This document shows positions 46,701 through 55,645 of a stretch of 64,000 bases of DNA, piece after piece. The stretch lies in the IMG/VR virus record IMGVR_UViG_3300025815_000010, positions 15,775 through 79,774 of that record; one strand, given 5' to 3'. This DNA is from a virus. Position 1 is the first letter of the stretch; each line of letters starts with the position of its first letter. The notes under the pieces are model-generated. The model was not told the origin of the DNA. It worked only from the letters and a program-made list of their open reading frames with translations, and did not search any database. The translations under genes and the position numbers were made by a program.

Positions 46701-49700
46701 CCAGCCTGTAACAGACTCATAAGGTCTTCTAAGTCAGCAGCTGTCTGATCTCTTAGGACACATAGCTGTCCCTCGATACAAGCCTCATCAACGCCCTTGG
46801 CGCGCAATGCTTCTGCTCTTGTAGCGCGGAACACATTAAGAAGTCCCATGTTATCGCAGACTTCTCTAGAGACAGGTAGATTTGTTGGATTTTGAATGCA
46901 AAGCTGATCAAGATCGACAAATATGCCTATTGCCTTAAAGAACTCATGAACCGAGTCTCTGTCGAATAAACACTCTGTTAGAGACGCTGTAACAGGATCA
47001 GTTCGGACGATTTCTACGACAAGGTCATATAGATTATCAGACCCTTCGCCATTGATTAGATCAACTAGTTCACATTGTGTCACCACAGACGCTACGTTGT
47101 CCACTAGACGCCCCATCGCAACTGCGTCGGTGTAGCACCCCCTGTTGGCTAGAAGATCTGTCAGAGCGCCATCTACAAGCTCAGGATCGATATCCGCATT
47201 GCCACATAGATTAGCCTTTAGGGCATCTCGTAGGTTGAGTGGATCTTGCCCTCTCCTCGTCTTACAAAGCTCTTCTGCTATTATTTCTAATATCTTCTTG
47301 AGAACAAGAATAAGAAGGCGGATAAGAAGTTCTTCCAGAACCCTCAGGGCATTATCAATAAGAATCTTAGAAATTGTGTTGAATTTTATTTTTGGTATAA
47401 CAGGAATCGTGATAGAAGCCTGAAGCTCGCAGAAGTCTAGGTTAACGCCAGGTAGCTTAATAAACTCTTTTAGAGGTGGGTAGAAAAGCGGAGGCGCAAT
47501 ACAGAACTTGTCTATCTTCTGCAAAATATTAACTGCGATTCCAGCGCCAGGAAGGTTGTTCAAAACATTTAATATTTCGTCTAGATTCAATAAGTCGTTG
47601 ACAACCAAATCATAAATCACATCTTTTAGCTGTCCATAATCTTGTGGCGTTGCTGCTCTCTGCTCCCTACCCAGAGAACCTACCTGGGCTGGTGGATCGC
47701 TTAATGTTAATTCAGCTGTTACCGTCCCCGGTGTTCTGGTGACTCCGACAAATCCCTGATCCCCAAGAGAGCCCAATGGAATGTCTTTGCTTGTATAGCT
47801 ATTCTGTCTATCGTAGACTGGCTCTATGACAGCCCCACCATCATCTAGAATTGTTACTGTTGCAAACCCAGCAAGGAACGGAAGTAATTGTGGAGCGACT
47901 TCATTTACGGAAGCTACGATTACTTCTTGTGCTTCAGGAGGCAAGCTACTAATAAACTTTCCTACAAATTCATCATCCATGCCCTTCACAGCAGCGCCAA
48001 CGATTATAGAGATTGCGTCATCATAACCAAGAGCGTTTAAGATGCAATCAACTGCAGCCTTGATGAGATCGATTAAGCCACACATTCCTAGATTGTTTAG
48101 CATCCCGCCGTACAGATCACCTAACTCTTTATAGCGCCCCCTTACCAAAAGCTCTGGTAAATCATTGATGAACCTATCACTTGTTAGATATTCCTTTAGC
48201 GTCATATCCGTGATTTGGAGAGCAAAATCCGTCCTACCCTGATGCTCTAGAATCTTTGCATCGACAAGGGCACACGGGTTTGAGCTAAACTGAGACAGTA
48301 GCGCTCCCTTAATATCATTGATTTGGCTTTCGGCCCATTTCTGTTTTTGAGTCGAGTTCCCAAACAAGTTTGGTTCGAATATGCCACTTGATAAGCCAGA
48401 AGCGCAAACCTCTTGTTCTAGCTGTTTTATAGATTCATTTCCTTCTGTTATTGGCGAAGAATTGTCTAAACCATAGTTCTCTTGAATTGCTGGGAATCGA
48501 TATTTGCTTAACATGTCATACCAAGAGATGGCTTCTCTAATCATCAGATCATTCTTCATGTTAGGCAACTGCGATACATAGGCACAAGTTGTCTTGTCAT
48601 TCATTGGGGCTCGATTAACAAATGAGCTAAATCCCTTCTCTATCTGAATTGGAGAAGAGTTTTGTTTTTGGATCTTTATATATTCGACTGTAAACTCTGG
48701 GGTGAACCCTATTTCAACCCACTCTAAGCCCCTAATGTCATGCCCTGACTCTCTTAGCAGGAGATCGGTTTCCTTAAAAAAGCTCTCAATCCTCTTAGAC
48801 TCTGTTGAAAAGTTTAGGCCCCTTATGATTTTACCTGTGTCGAGGTGCCATTGAGCATAGAACCTATCGTAAAGCCCGAATGCATAACTAACTTTATCAA
48901 ATATATCTTCCATTTCTAGTGCCTTAAACACTACAAAGGAGCGTTCCCCAGAAGAATAAACAGGAGTAGGAGTACCCTCTTCAACCTTCGGCTGTCTCTC
49001 TGGTATTCTGTTAAACTCCTCGGCAGATACCGTAATCAAGACTTTTGTTTTCGCTTTTGGTCTAGGTGGAATGTAAAATGTTTTTACTTTTGCAGTACCA
49101 ACAAAAGCAAGTCCGTCAAGATATAAGCCTTCGCTACCATTTGTTAAGGCATCCCTAGAAGACAATACACTTTGAAATCCAGTTGATACGTTTGTAAAAT
49201 CAACATTAACTTTTTTATTGTAATAATCAAGTAGCTTATTTATAGCGTCTGGTATAAAAGTATTAAAATATTCTTCGCTACAGTCTGGGGGATCGGCCAA
49301 CATAACTATGGAATATTCACAAGTCTTCTGGTTTAAGAATGGCTCGTCTTCTGATTGGTTTAGCCAGTTTGGAACTATAGCATCCGGGTTTGGTATGCAA
49401 CTCTGATAAGTCTCTACAGTTAGTGGGCCTTCGTCAAGATCCCTGCATTGCCCAGGATTAGCATTGCCAGGCTCAAGAGTTGGTAATTCCGAATCTAGAT
49501 TTATTGCCTCACAGCCATAGCCGTCAGCCCCCCTTAAGAGTATTGCTTCGTTGAGAGCTTCAGTGGACACGGAAACAGAAGTGCTATGAGCCTGAAGAAA
49601 AGAATCCCAATATCTGGCTACCGTATCATCCACGATGTCTACAAGAGGGTTTTCATCGAAATAAAGCCTATCTGCCATGGCTCTAAATATTTTTATATTA

Positions 49701-50944
49701 CATTCGTTTGTTGTAAGCTCAGCATCTGTGAAAGATCCGCCGTAAGGGGCGCTCCCACCACAAGCTCCCGCTGAAGTAGTGGAATAGCCTGCATCAGAAA
49801 AAACTCCAGATATAAATTCACTTCCATCGACTGGCCCTAAACCCGCAGAGTCTAAAATTTCTAGGGCCTTCTTCAGCCAGAAGAGAAAAGCGTTGTAATC
49901 AGCATTTTCTATCTTAACAGAATGGCCAGACGGAGCGTAATTTAATATTTGAAATGATTGAGAACTTATGGCACCGCCAGGCTCGCCTTGGCCGTTTTCG
50001 CCTCCCCTAGACGGGAGGAAACTCAAGGTAGCGCTTGATCCTGCCCCGGACAACACTTCAGCATCTACGCCTCCGACTGGCATGTACCTCACTCTAGTTG
50101 GAGACGAAGGTGGATTAAGGAGCCCAGCCCAAACGGAGTTATCTCCTGATAGGGAGTTGCTAGACCCTAAACCAAGCTGTGTTCTTCCGCCATGTCCCTC
50201 CGATCCTAATAGATCTTTTACTTCATATCCGTACCAAAACATTTGGTTCCACGTAAATGGATCCATGTCTGGTTTGAGAAAATCCCCCCCTTTTTCACCA
50301 TGAATATATAAGAATGCGTCTAAAACCTCTAGTATAAAACCAAATTGCAAATATTGTTCTTTCGACAAATCAGTGTCTTTAAGTTCTAGTTTTCCCGATG
50401 TCCAGTCAGTCCACGGGTTGGGTCTTCTAGAAATTATATTGTTAGGGTCCCTATCCACCTCAGTGTATCTAATTCCGTTTAGCTGGAGCATTGGATGTAC
50501 TATGAGTCCACCAGCTATATCAAGCCAACCATCGTTAGCATCTGTGGTGTTCTTCCAGTGCCCAGTTTGATAATCATCAAAGACATTCCATTTTGGCCCC
50601 TTTATGTAGAAAGGAAGAGCCGTATCCCAATCTGTTATCTGTCCACCATGCGTGACATTACCATCATCCCAAAAATTTCTATTCCCGTTTAGTGCTCCTA
50701 TTTGTGGGTCTACATTTCCTAATGTTATGAGACCGTTTTCGCCACCTCTCAGAGAGTTCCAGCTTCTACTTGCCGTTATGCTACTTCCGCCACCTTGTGT
50801 CCCATCTTCAAAAGGATTTTGATCTCCACCAGGCTCATAAAGATTTTCTGTTCCATACTTTGACTTAAAAGAGAGGATTAAGTTTCTAGCATAAAAGATA
50901 AATGGGTCTTCTTCAAATATTGGAATTTCTGGACAGGTTGTCAT
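43706..50944 (-). CDS. Giant (2412 aa) Cys-rich acidic protein of the baseplate block
   Basis: Single long ORF between the gp5-like and gp25 genes. No family recognised. Confidence 0.65.
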   Translation of the reverse strand: MTTCPEIPIFEEDPFIFYARNLILSFKSKYGTENLYEPGGDQNPFEDGTQGGGSSITASRSWNSLRGGENGLITLGNVDPQIGALNGNRNFWDDGNVTHGGQITDWDTALPFYIKGPKWNVFDDYQTGHWKNTTDANDGWLDIAGGLIVHPMLQLNGIRYTEVDRDPNNIISRRPNPWTDWTSGKLELKDTDLSKEQYLQFGFILEVLDAFLYIHGEKGGDFLKPDMDPFTWNQMFWYGYEVKDLLGSEGHGGRTQLGLGSSNSLSGDNSVWAGLLNPPSSPTRVRYMPVGGVDAEVLSGAGSSATLSFLPSRGGENGQGEPGGAISSQSFQILNYAPSGHSVKIENADYNAFLFWLKKALEILDSAGLGPVDGSEFISGVFSDAGYSTTSAGACGGSAPYGGSFTDAELTTNECNIKIFRAMADRLYFDENPLVDIVDDTVARYWDSFLQAHSTSVSVSTEALNEAILLRGADGYGCEAINLDSELPTLEPGNANPGQCRDLDEGPLTVETYQSCIPNPDAIVPNWLNQSEDEPFLNQKTCEYSIVMLADPPDCSEEYFNTFIPDAINKLLDYYNKKVNVDFTNVSTGFQSVLSSRDALTNGSEGLYLDGLAFVGTAKVKTFYIPPRPKAKTKVLITVSAEEFNRIPERQPKVEEGTPTPVYSSGERSFVVFKALEMEDIFDKVSYAFGLYDRFYAQWHLDTGKIIRGLNFSTESKRIESFFKETDLLLRESGHDIRGLEWVEIGFTPEFTVEYIKIQKQNSSPIQIEKGFSSFVNRAPMNDKTTCAYVSQLPNMKNDLMIREAISWYDMLSKYRFPAIQENYGLDNSSPITEGNESIKQLEQEVCASGLSSGIFEPNLFGNSTQKQKWAESQINDIKGALLSQFSSNPCALVDAKILEHQGRTDFALQITDMTLKEYLTSDRFINDLPELLVRGRYKELGDLYGGMLNNLGMCGLIDLIKAAVDCILNALGYDDAISIIVGAAVKGMDDEFVGKFISSLPPEAQEVIVASVNEVAPQLLPFLAGFATVTILDDGGAVIEPVYDRQNSYTSKDIPLGSLGDQGFVGVTRTPGTVTAELTLSDPPAQVGSLGREQRAATPQDYGQLKDVIYDLVVNDLLNLDEILNVLNNLPGAGIAVNILQKIDKFCIAPPLFYPPLKEFIKLPGVNLDFCELQASITIPVIPKIKFNTISKILIDNALRVLEELLIRLLILVLKKILEIIAEELCKTRRGQDPLNLRDALKANLCGNADIDPELVDGALTDLLANRGCYTDAVAMGRLVDNVASVVTQCELVDLINGEGSDNLYDLVVEIVRTDPVTASLTECLFDRDSVHEFFKAIGIFVDLDQLCIQNPTNLPVSREVCDNMGLLNVFRATRAEALRAKGVDEACIEGQLCVLRDQTAADLEDLMSLLQAGIFNSVIPDIMKDPTSDKPGLLPSEMPMETIALDNIYNSIFDAMSLSFTEDIIGKRGFLNMVLADSRGRGYRQHLGFQSSVLGPSVLNIYGSRGTRAYPPRDEWGDGANTPKDHNNWVTGPREFTEGTKIFKLPFLFNPLSSTGDGETEENTGNNSNGDEISGKAPALGGLPDKVAGHLQDSLINLSTPFNVGSGYTTNLFWFDYDNPDTMQFTFSFDYWTTPPDGQQHSWDGHRLRINMKNENWKDEGGDPYEEVISYFDIKSSVDDVIAGFKSNILSDYYIGGSSSPDSTFQALVEHSVYEYLGQPDTPRGDAAGSLQFDVEYDSAEDSMVIGFEKISQRILEALAELVAAEGSDNSPFVYGFDATKPPIIKYFHEEEFDGDIGAAVERYGGSEGNPPFYLKQPDNKGYLRIAQKIIPEFNPCEDSSDVVTFPDFSSLKSVCSEFSAKVPMDERAGLKVKGVSAERELPFDRHLSKASLGIIEGTIYATIRTYVVEVLMKGLPVLQYLALSEFNYGEMLSEFVIDKMEQGMKDAGRGKRFVEKYEDYWWLFLEQVVQNFGIKVNLGLITDITPEEQEALDFINQFVEDNWVYVPPGLITGLNSARRLAKRRKQNWDTIFQSTVGVNAVTGLPETVESPIISRCKTILRRYIRNEYARTTEIFSEGVSPNFKDVNDIILKSPTIIRGAIGTTEAGPYDVPNAAYFESSIAGVSATHPYDSPDILISNSNTPFVLERYLISKGSTDTANTFKLFGFVSNIFDAQIAHTGEVLAEDEVYFGLRISFIPSAARISNLTDSMGSALAGVSEETGYTHKAFNSLYKNAIPIASAEIQLTTDAYEAGLYNDYLQRLVCLLIETPAYKTLFEHCYPIPKYMDLLALYCVNTFVPSLARVEDGWAATANNKKRGGGRWIGAGKNGGMHTWRGNEGMKNSFKNTKLVARQTLEAACYTSYDYRDKDYMSPSEVYVDNLGSNSDLNPGIKWWQWSSLRPAPCKNGDD

Positions 50945-50953
50945 CTTGGTTTC

Positions 50954-52024
50954 CTAGTTTGTTTTGTTATACCTTGACAAGATATAGATGGGACTAGTGG
51001 GTTTAAGCCAGTTATAGTTAGTTTGTATTTTAGTTTGTATTTCGCCTAAAATAGTCTTAACCGTTGTATCTTGAGTTGTCCCTATAATATTTTTTATTGC
51101 TTGTGGGGTTAACGATTTGAAGTCTGGTATAGCAATGGCCGGTGCGGCAGTGACAACTTCATGCGTGTGAGATGCTACAATTGTGTTAAACTCTAATTGA
51201 TAATTAGCAAATGATACGAGAGCATTCTGTAAATTCTGTATCTCTTCAAGCAAGTCTTCTAAGAACCCTACAAGAAAATCTCCTTTAACAAGGGGCTGCA
51301 AGTTATTGAAACCAGATCCAAGCTGGCCAGCTGTGACTGGTCCAGAAAAACCTGAAGGATCGACAGTCCCTACGTCCATGTTCGCAATAAGATGGATGCC
51401 ACTTTTTGATTGAATATCCCCTCCCTGCGAGTTTGTCTCTGACTGCTTACCGGAATTAGAAGTTCTGGCATTTGTATAAATCCTTACTCCCTCTCTACCA
51501 ACGATCCTAATCGCATCTGCTTTGATACCTACGGCAGATCTGTTTTCTGACGGCAGTAATCCATTTGGTATGTCTTCTGGAAGGTTAAAGTACCTATCGA
51601 TGTCCCCACGCTGTGTGAGATAAATTCTAGCCGCATCAGTGAAGAAATTAGGCCCAACAATTTGTCCATGCTTAGCTATAGGGCCTCCGCTGCCAGCCAC
51701 TATATCTATAGATCCTGCTGCGGTGGCCCCACGGCCTCCATAGCCGCTAAGGCCCTCTCTGGTGTGCCTGTCTCTGCCAAAGACTATGCGGTGTCTGCCC
51801 CAGTGCGTACTCTTCTGCTGTGGGTATATGACCTCTGCCTGTGTGGGTTCGAAAGTAACAAGGGGCTCCTCAAGTTCAGTGCCTCCTTGGCCCGGTAGAA
51901 TTACTTTTTCACCCTTAGCGCACCTGTCTAGAATCTCTTTGTCTTGATCTTCAAGCTCTTTCTGCTTACTATCCATGTTAGCTTTTGAAAATCCTTCAAA
52001 AGTTCTTATTTTTTCAGTTGTCAT
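50954..52024 (-). CDS. Baseplate hub/central spike-like protein (gp5 C-terminal/gpV-like)
   Basis: Beta-helix-like repeats (RIVFGRD, SIDIVAG, AARIYL, IKADAIRIVGREGVRI), QPLVKGD, and ASHTH (HxH spike-tip motif). Confidence 0.6.
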   Translation of the reverse strand: MTTEKIRTFEGFSKANMDSKQKELEDQDKEILDRCAKGEKVILPGQGGTELEEPLVTFEPTQAEVIYPQQKSTHWGRHRIVFGRDRHTREGLSGYGGRGATAAGSIDIVAGSGGPIAKHGQIVGPNFFTDAARIYLTQRGDIDRYFNLPEDIPNGLLPSENRSAVGIKADAIRIVGREGVRIYTNARTSNSGKQSETNSQGGDIQSKSGIHLIANMDVGTVDPSGFSGPVTAGQLGSGFNNLQPLVKGDFLVGFLEDLLEEIQNLQNALVSFANYQLEFNTIVASHTHEVVTAAPAIAIPDFKSLTPQAIKNIIGTTQDTTVKTILGEIQTKIQTNYNWLKPTSPIYILSRYNKTN

Positions 52025-52604
52025 TGGCCCCCCTTCTGGCAGTGGCCTCTTCTATTGTTGTAGGAGAGGATTCACCGCACTCCAGCGCATCTCTTGGCGA
52101 AGCCACTACATTTTGCGCTGCTATCTGTTTTGGATCTAATATGCCAAGATATTCGCCGTATTGCCCTTGCCCATTAGTAAAAAACTTTACTTTTATAAGG
52201 TTACCGGGCTGAGGAATGGTATTATTGTTCTGCAAGCTATAAAATATTGGATGCATAGCGATAGCAAGATTCCTGTTAGACTCGCAAAATTCCCTATCCG
52301 GCTTTGGCAGACTGGCATGTAATTTTGGTATCCTTGCGTGAACCTTTACTAAAAATTTATTTTCACCTGGCTCCTTGACACCAGTGATTTCACCAGTCGG
52401 ATCTGCAATTGCGGCCAAGCATATTGCTTCGTAATCAGTTTGACCATCATCATCTAGGGCGTCAGAATAAATCTTTCCAATTGCTTCAGCAACAGAAGCA
52501 AAAGTTCCTTCTGTATATTGATTCTTCCTCAGCCCAAATCTTGAATTCGTATTGTCATTAAGCTGGTTAATCTGGGCATTAGCTAAGATTTCTTCTAAAG
52601 TCAT
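52014..52604 (-). CDS. gp5 N-terminal OB-fold-like baseplate protein
   Basis: VKVHARIP...IPQPGNLIKVKF...GEYLG; position next to the spike-like gene. Confidence 0.45.
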   Translation of the reverse strand: MTLEEILANAQINQLNDNTNSRFGLRKNQYTEGTFASVAEAIGKIYSDALDDDGQTDYEAICLAAIADPTGEITGVKEPGENKFLVKVHARIPKLHASLPKPDREFCESNRNLAIAMHPIFYSLQNNNTIPQPGNLIKVKFFTNGQGQYGEYLGILDPKQIAAQNVVASPRDALECGESSPTTIEEATARRGANDN

Positions 52605-52888
52605 TACTTATCGCCCTGAATCATACTGAATATATCTTCTTTATCTTCATCCGACAGACCAACGTCTTTAGATTGGTTTTTCTGAATTAGACCGGCTATC
52701 TTTACAAGCTGTTCGTTCGACCTTTGTAGCGTCTCGACATACTTTGATGCAGTTAAGCCCACCTCTCTGTGTCTGGACTCGTCCTTGCTCAAATAGCGCA
52801 CGACATCATCGAGCAAGTCTCTTGTTATCTTTCTGTCGTCTTCGATATTTGATATAGCTTTTTGTAAGTAGTGGTCTAGCTTTTTCAA
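52604..52888 (-). CDS. Hypothetical helical protein
   Basis: TTG start with GAGGGG SD; KYVETLQRSNEQLVKIA. Confidence 0.65.
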   Translation of the reverse strand: MKKLDHYLQKAISNIEDDRKITRDLLDDVVRYLSKDESRHREVGLTASKYVETLQRSNEQLVKIAGLIQKNQSKDVGLSDEDKEDIFSMIQGDK

Positions 52889-53577
52889 ATTTGCCCCTCA
52901 TCCCACCTATGCCTAAAGACTCTATATTTTGTTCTTATCTTGTTAAGATTATTGACAACTTGTTTAGTATTTAAGCCTGTGAGTTCTCTGATGTATAAAT
53001 AAATAGCCTTTTTATTGAAAATTAGATTAGGATTATCTTTGTCTTCTAATAAAATTTTAATTGCTTGAAGAACTTTTCTTTCGCTTTCCTTCAGTCTAGA
53101 GTCTTCCCAGTCCTTTATTTCTTCCCACAAAAGGTTCCAAAATTCTTCTGTTTGCCTTTGCTCATCATACTTGATAGTAGTGGAAGCAAACTGCAATTGG
53201 TTTTCTGCAGTGAGGTTATCGATATCTACCTGTCTTTTTGACTCTTTATTGGTTTTCTTTACTTTGTGAATAAACCAGTTTTTGGTAATAACGCTGAAAT
53301 AAGAAAAAGCCTTAGAGCCTTTTGCCGGATCATACTTACCTAATATCGTAGTAAGATATATCTTGCATTCGTCTCTAAGGTCATCTATGTTGGGAAGAGA
53401 AGTAAACTTGTATGTGAATACAATCTTATCAACCATTTCGCTAAAAGCTGGCTGTATGAATGTACGATACAATAGAGATCTTTCTCTGGGATCTGTTGAA
53501 TTATTATACGATATTATTGCGTTTTCATGTTCTTTTGTAAAATATAAGTTTTTTGTACGTTTACGCCTCTTCCTCAT
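52885..53577 (-). CDS. Phage RNA polymerase sigma factor (gp55-like late sigma)
   Basis: YFTKEHENAIISYN...KYDPAKGSKAFSYFSVITKNWFI resembles sigma region 2; C-terminal HTH-like segment. Likely start at 53577. Confidence 0.75.
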   Translation of the reverse strand: MRKRRKRTKNLYFTKEHENAIISYNNSTDPRERSLLYRTFIQPAFSEMVDKIVFTYKFTSLPNIDDLRDECKIYLTTILGKYDPAKGSKAFSYFSVITKNWFIHKVKKTNKESKRQVDIDNLTAENQLQFASTTIKYDEQRQTEEFWNLLWEEIKDWEDSRLKESERKVLQAIKILLEDKDNPNLIFNKKAIYLYIRELTGLNTKQVVNNLNKIRTKYRVFRHRWDEGQI

Positions 53578-53875
53578 CGTCAGACACCTCCTCGGTTTGT
53601 TCATCAAATGGTTCTGTTAGGAGAAAGATTTCTTCATACCCTCCCAGCACTTCCCTAAGTGCGTTAGAGTGCTCAAGAAGATTTGTAAGCGTTTGGTCGC
53701 CATAGAATCTCTCTAGTTCATATACAGCTTGTAGGTGTTTTGCGAAGTCATCTACAAGCTCGTACAATGAGCCAAGATTCTCAGACAGATACAGAAGATT
53801 ACTTAAGGTATTTCTAGTGTACCAGAATAAAAATACGTTTATTAGCAAAGATGCAATTAATGCAATTTCAATCAT
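53561..53875 (-). CDS. Hypothetical membrane-anchored protein
   Basis: N-terminal TM segment IALIASLLINVFLFWY. Confidence 0.6.
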   Translation of the reverse strand: MIEIALIASLLINVFLFWYTRNTLSNLLYLSENLGSLYELVDDFAKHLQAVYELERFYGDQTLTNLLEHSNALREVLGGYEEIFLLTEPFDEQTEEVSDDEEEA

Positions 53876-54110
53876 GATACTCCCTAACTAATCTTTCTTT
53901 TTCTTCTTTTACCTCTCTTTTCGCCTCTTCAATGTGCTCTTTCACAAGAGCACCAGCTTTATTTGGGTTTACCGAAGCAAAAAAAGAACTGGGTTTTCTA
54001 GTAATATCATAAGCTTCACAAACAATACATCGATCTATTGTTTCAAACATAGAGTGATATATTTCAAAATCTTTCCCACACCCAGAACAACTATAATTAT
54101 ACTTCGGCAT
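53868..54110 (-). CDS. FmdB-family zinc ribbon protein
   Basis: MPKYNYSCSGCGKDFE...CIVC. Confidence 0.8.
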   Translation of the reverse strand: MPKYNYSCSGCGKDFEIYHSMFETIDRCIVCEAYDITRKPSSFFASVNPNKAGALVKEHIEEAKREVKEEKERLVREYHD

Positions 54111-54297
54111 CGCCAAAGTCCTGATTTAATTTGACTGTTGGTGGGTTCATCACCATCAAGCCAGTCTCACTAAGTCTAAACTTGAATGCTTTCAGCACAG
54201 GCACAATGTCTGACTGTTCCAGAAGAGACTTCTGTAGGGCCATCATTAGGGCTCCCAATGCTTGGTCGCTAAGGTGCATATTGTTATCTTCACTCAT
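54097..54297 (-). CDS. Hypothetical protein
   Basis: 66 aa, TAATG-coupled, AGGAG SD. Confidence 0.6.
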   Translation of the reverse strand: MSEDNNMHLSDQALGALMMALQKSLLEQSDIVPVLKAFKFRLSETGLMVMNPPTVKLNQDFGDAEV

Positions 54298-55010
54298 TAT
54301 TCTTCTCCTTCGTCTTCAAAATTATCAATAAACTCTTGCAATTTTTCAGCGTCACTTACTCTCTCGTGGTGCAAAGAGTAATAAAGGGCGTCTACATTAT
54401 CGCTCTTGTGTCGGATTAGCCTATCTCTATGTGTTTCATCGATTTCACTCTTGTTCACAACAAAATGCATGTGTTCTGTAACAATTGGTACAGAAAAGTG
54501 TCTCATAATCATGTCAGAGACCTCGTTTAACCATGTATCATTGTAGTCACTTGAAAAATAAGGCGGCACAAAGTACCCAACTGTATCTGTCCAATTCTTA
54601 TGAATAAAACCATGCGTACCAAACCCAGGGAAGGGGTGATAGAGATCATTTCCATGAACAAACATAATGTGGTCTTCATATTGATTAAATTTATTTATAA
54701 CTTCTGTGTCCCACCCTGACGTTCTCATGATAATGTCGTCACCACAGTGAAAATAAACCTCTCCTTTGGCAACCTTCCAACACTCATTCCACATTTGACT
54801 CAGTACGATCCTTTCGCCAGAAATGTATTTAACATTATTATATATTTTTGTCAACTCATCAGACATAAATAATGATTCTAAATCATCTTCATCAATGTAA
54901 AAAACTATTTCTATATTTTCCGGCTCATTACAAGTGTCATATATAGATTTCACGAGTCTATACATATTCTCTGGTCTTTTACGGGTTGGGCATAAGACTG
55001 ATATGTTCAT
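54297..55010 (-). CDS. GT-A fold (GT2-like) glycosyltransferase
   Basis: ISVLCPTRKRP, YIDEDD, GDD, YNDTWL, EHMH. Confidence 0.8.
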   Translation of the reverse strand: MNISVLCPTRKRPENMYRLVKSIYDTCNEPENIEIVFYIDEDDLESLFMSDELTKIYNNVKYISGERIVLSQMWNECWKVAKGEVYFHCGDDIIMRTSGWDTEVINKFNQYEDHIMFVHGNDLYHPFPGFGTHGFIHKNWTDTVGYFVPPYFSSDYNDTWLNEVSDMIMRHFSVPIVTEHMHFVVNKSEIDETHRDRLIRHKSDNVDALYYSLHHERVSDAEKLQEFIDNFEDEGEE

Positions 55011-55645
55011 CTCACACTCTCCAGTACGAAAAATCCATTACCTTTTGGATAATGAGACCAATTATCCTTTATGCCTGGGACCCTATGGGAAAACTCTTTA
55101 ATGATAAAACCATTTTTCATGAACATATCTGACCACCAATTTTCATCTTCTCTTACAATATGAGTAATATCTTTTTCATACTCTGGGATGATGTACCTAG
55201 TTCCATCTCCAAGAGGAATTATGACAAATAAAGTTTTACACACTTTTGATAATTCAGATACCACAGAGTTCAAAACACTAGGTTCAATATGCTCAAACAC
55301 ATCTTTTGATATTACAAAATTAAAATATTTTTTTATGCTAGATATTGTGTGTTCATGTTCGATAAGATAAAGCTTATGTCTGATCGATGAATCAGAAGAC
55401 TCTATAGCGTAATTACTAAGGTCTGCGCCACAACAATCATACCCCAAGTGGTTAAACGCTTTAACAAGATATCCCTTAGCGCACCCATAGTCTAAAATAG
55501 TATCACCTTTTTGTATATCTAGTTTTTTTATTATTGTCTGACACATGGGGATAGTTAGTTCTGGCAGCCATCTGTAGTTTGAATATCCACTTATTCCTAA
55601 CTGAACGCCTCTCTCATAATAGTCTTGGTTATACAAATTCTTCAT
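55007..55645 (-). CDS. Class I SAM-dependent methyltransferase
   Basis: ILDYGCAKG, GADLS, DVFEHI. Confidence 0.88.
   Translation of the reverse strand: MKNLYNQDYYERGVQLGISGYSNYRWLPELTIPMCQTIIKKLDIQKGDTILDYGCAKGYLVKAFNHLGYDCCGADLSNYAIESSDSSIRHKLYLIEHEHTISSIKKYFNFVISKDVFEHIEPSVLNSVVSELSKVCKTLFVIIPLGDGTRYIIPEYEKDITHIVREDENWWSDMFMKNGFIIKEFSHRVPGIKDNWSHYPKGNGFFVLESVR

Noticed and set aside
10697-50956. Genome-wide amber (TAG) recoding, prompted by TAG stops in frame with the next gene at 10704 and 50954
   Set aside because: Most other TAG stops (2544, 15832, 21444, 43706, 59058, 63188) are out of frame with the next gene, and long genes are intact in the standard code. The in-frame fraction is about chance.
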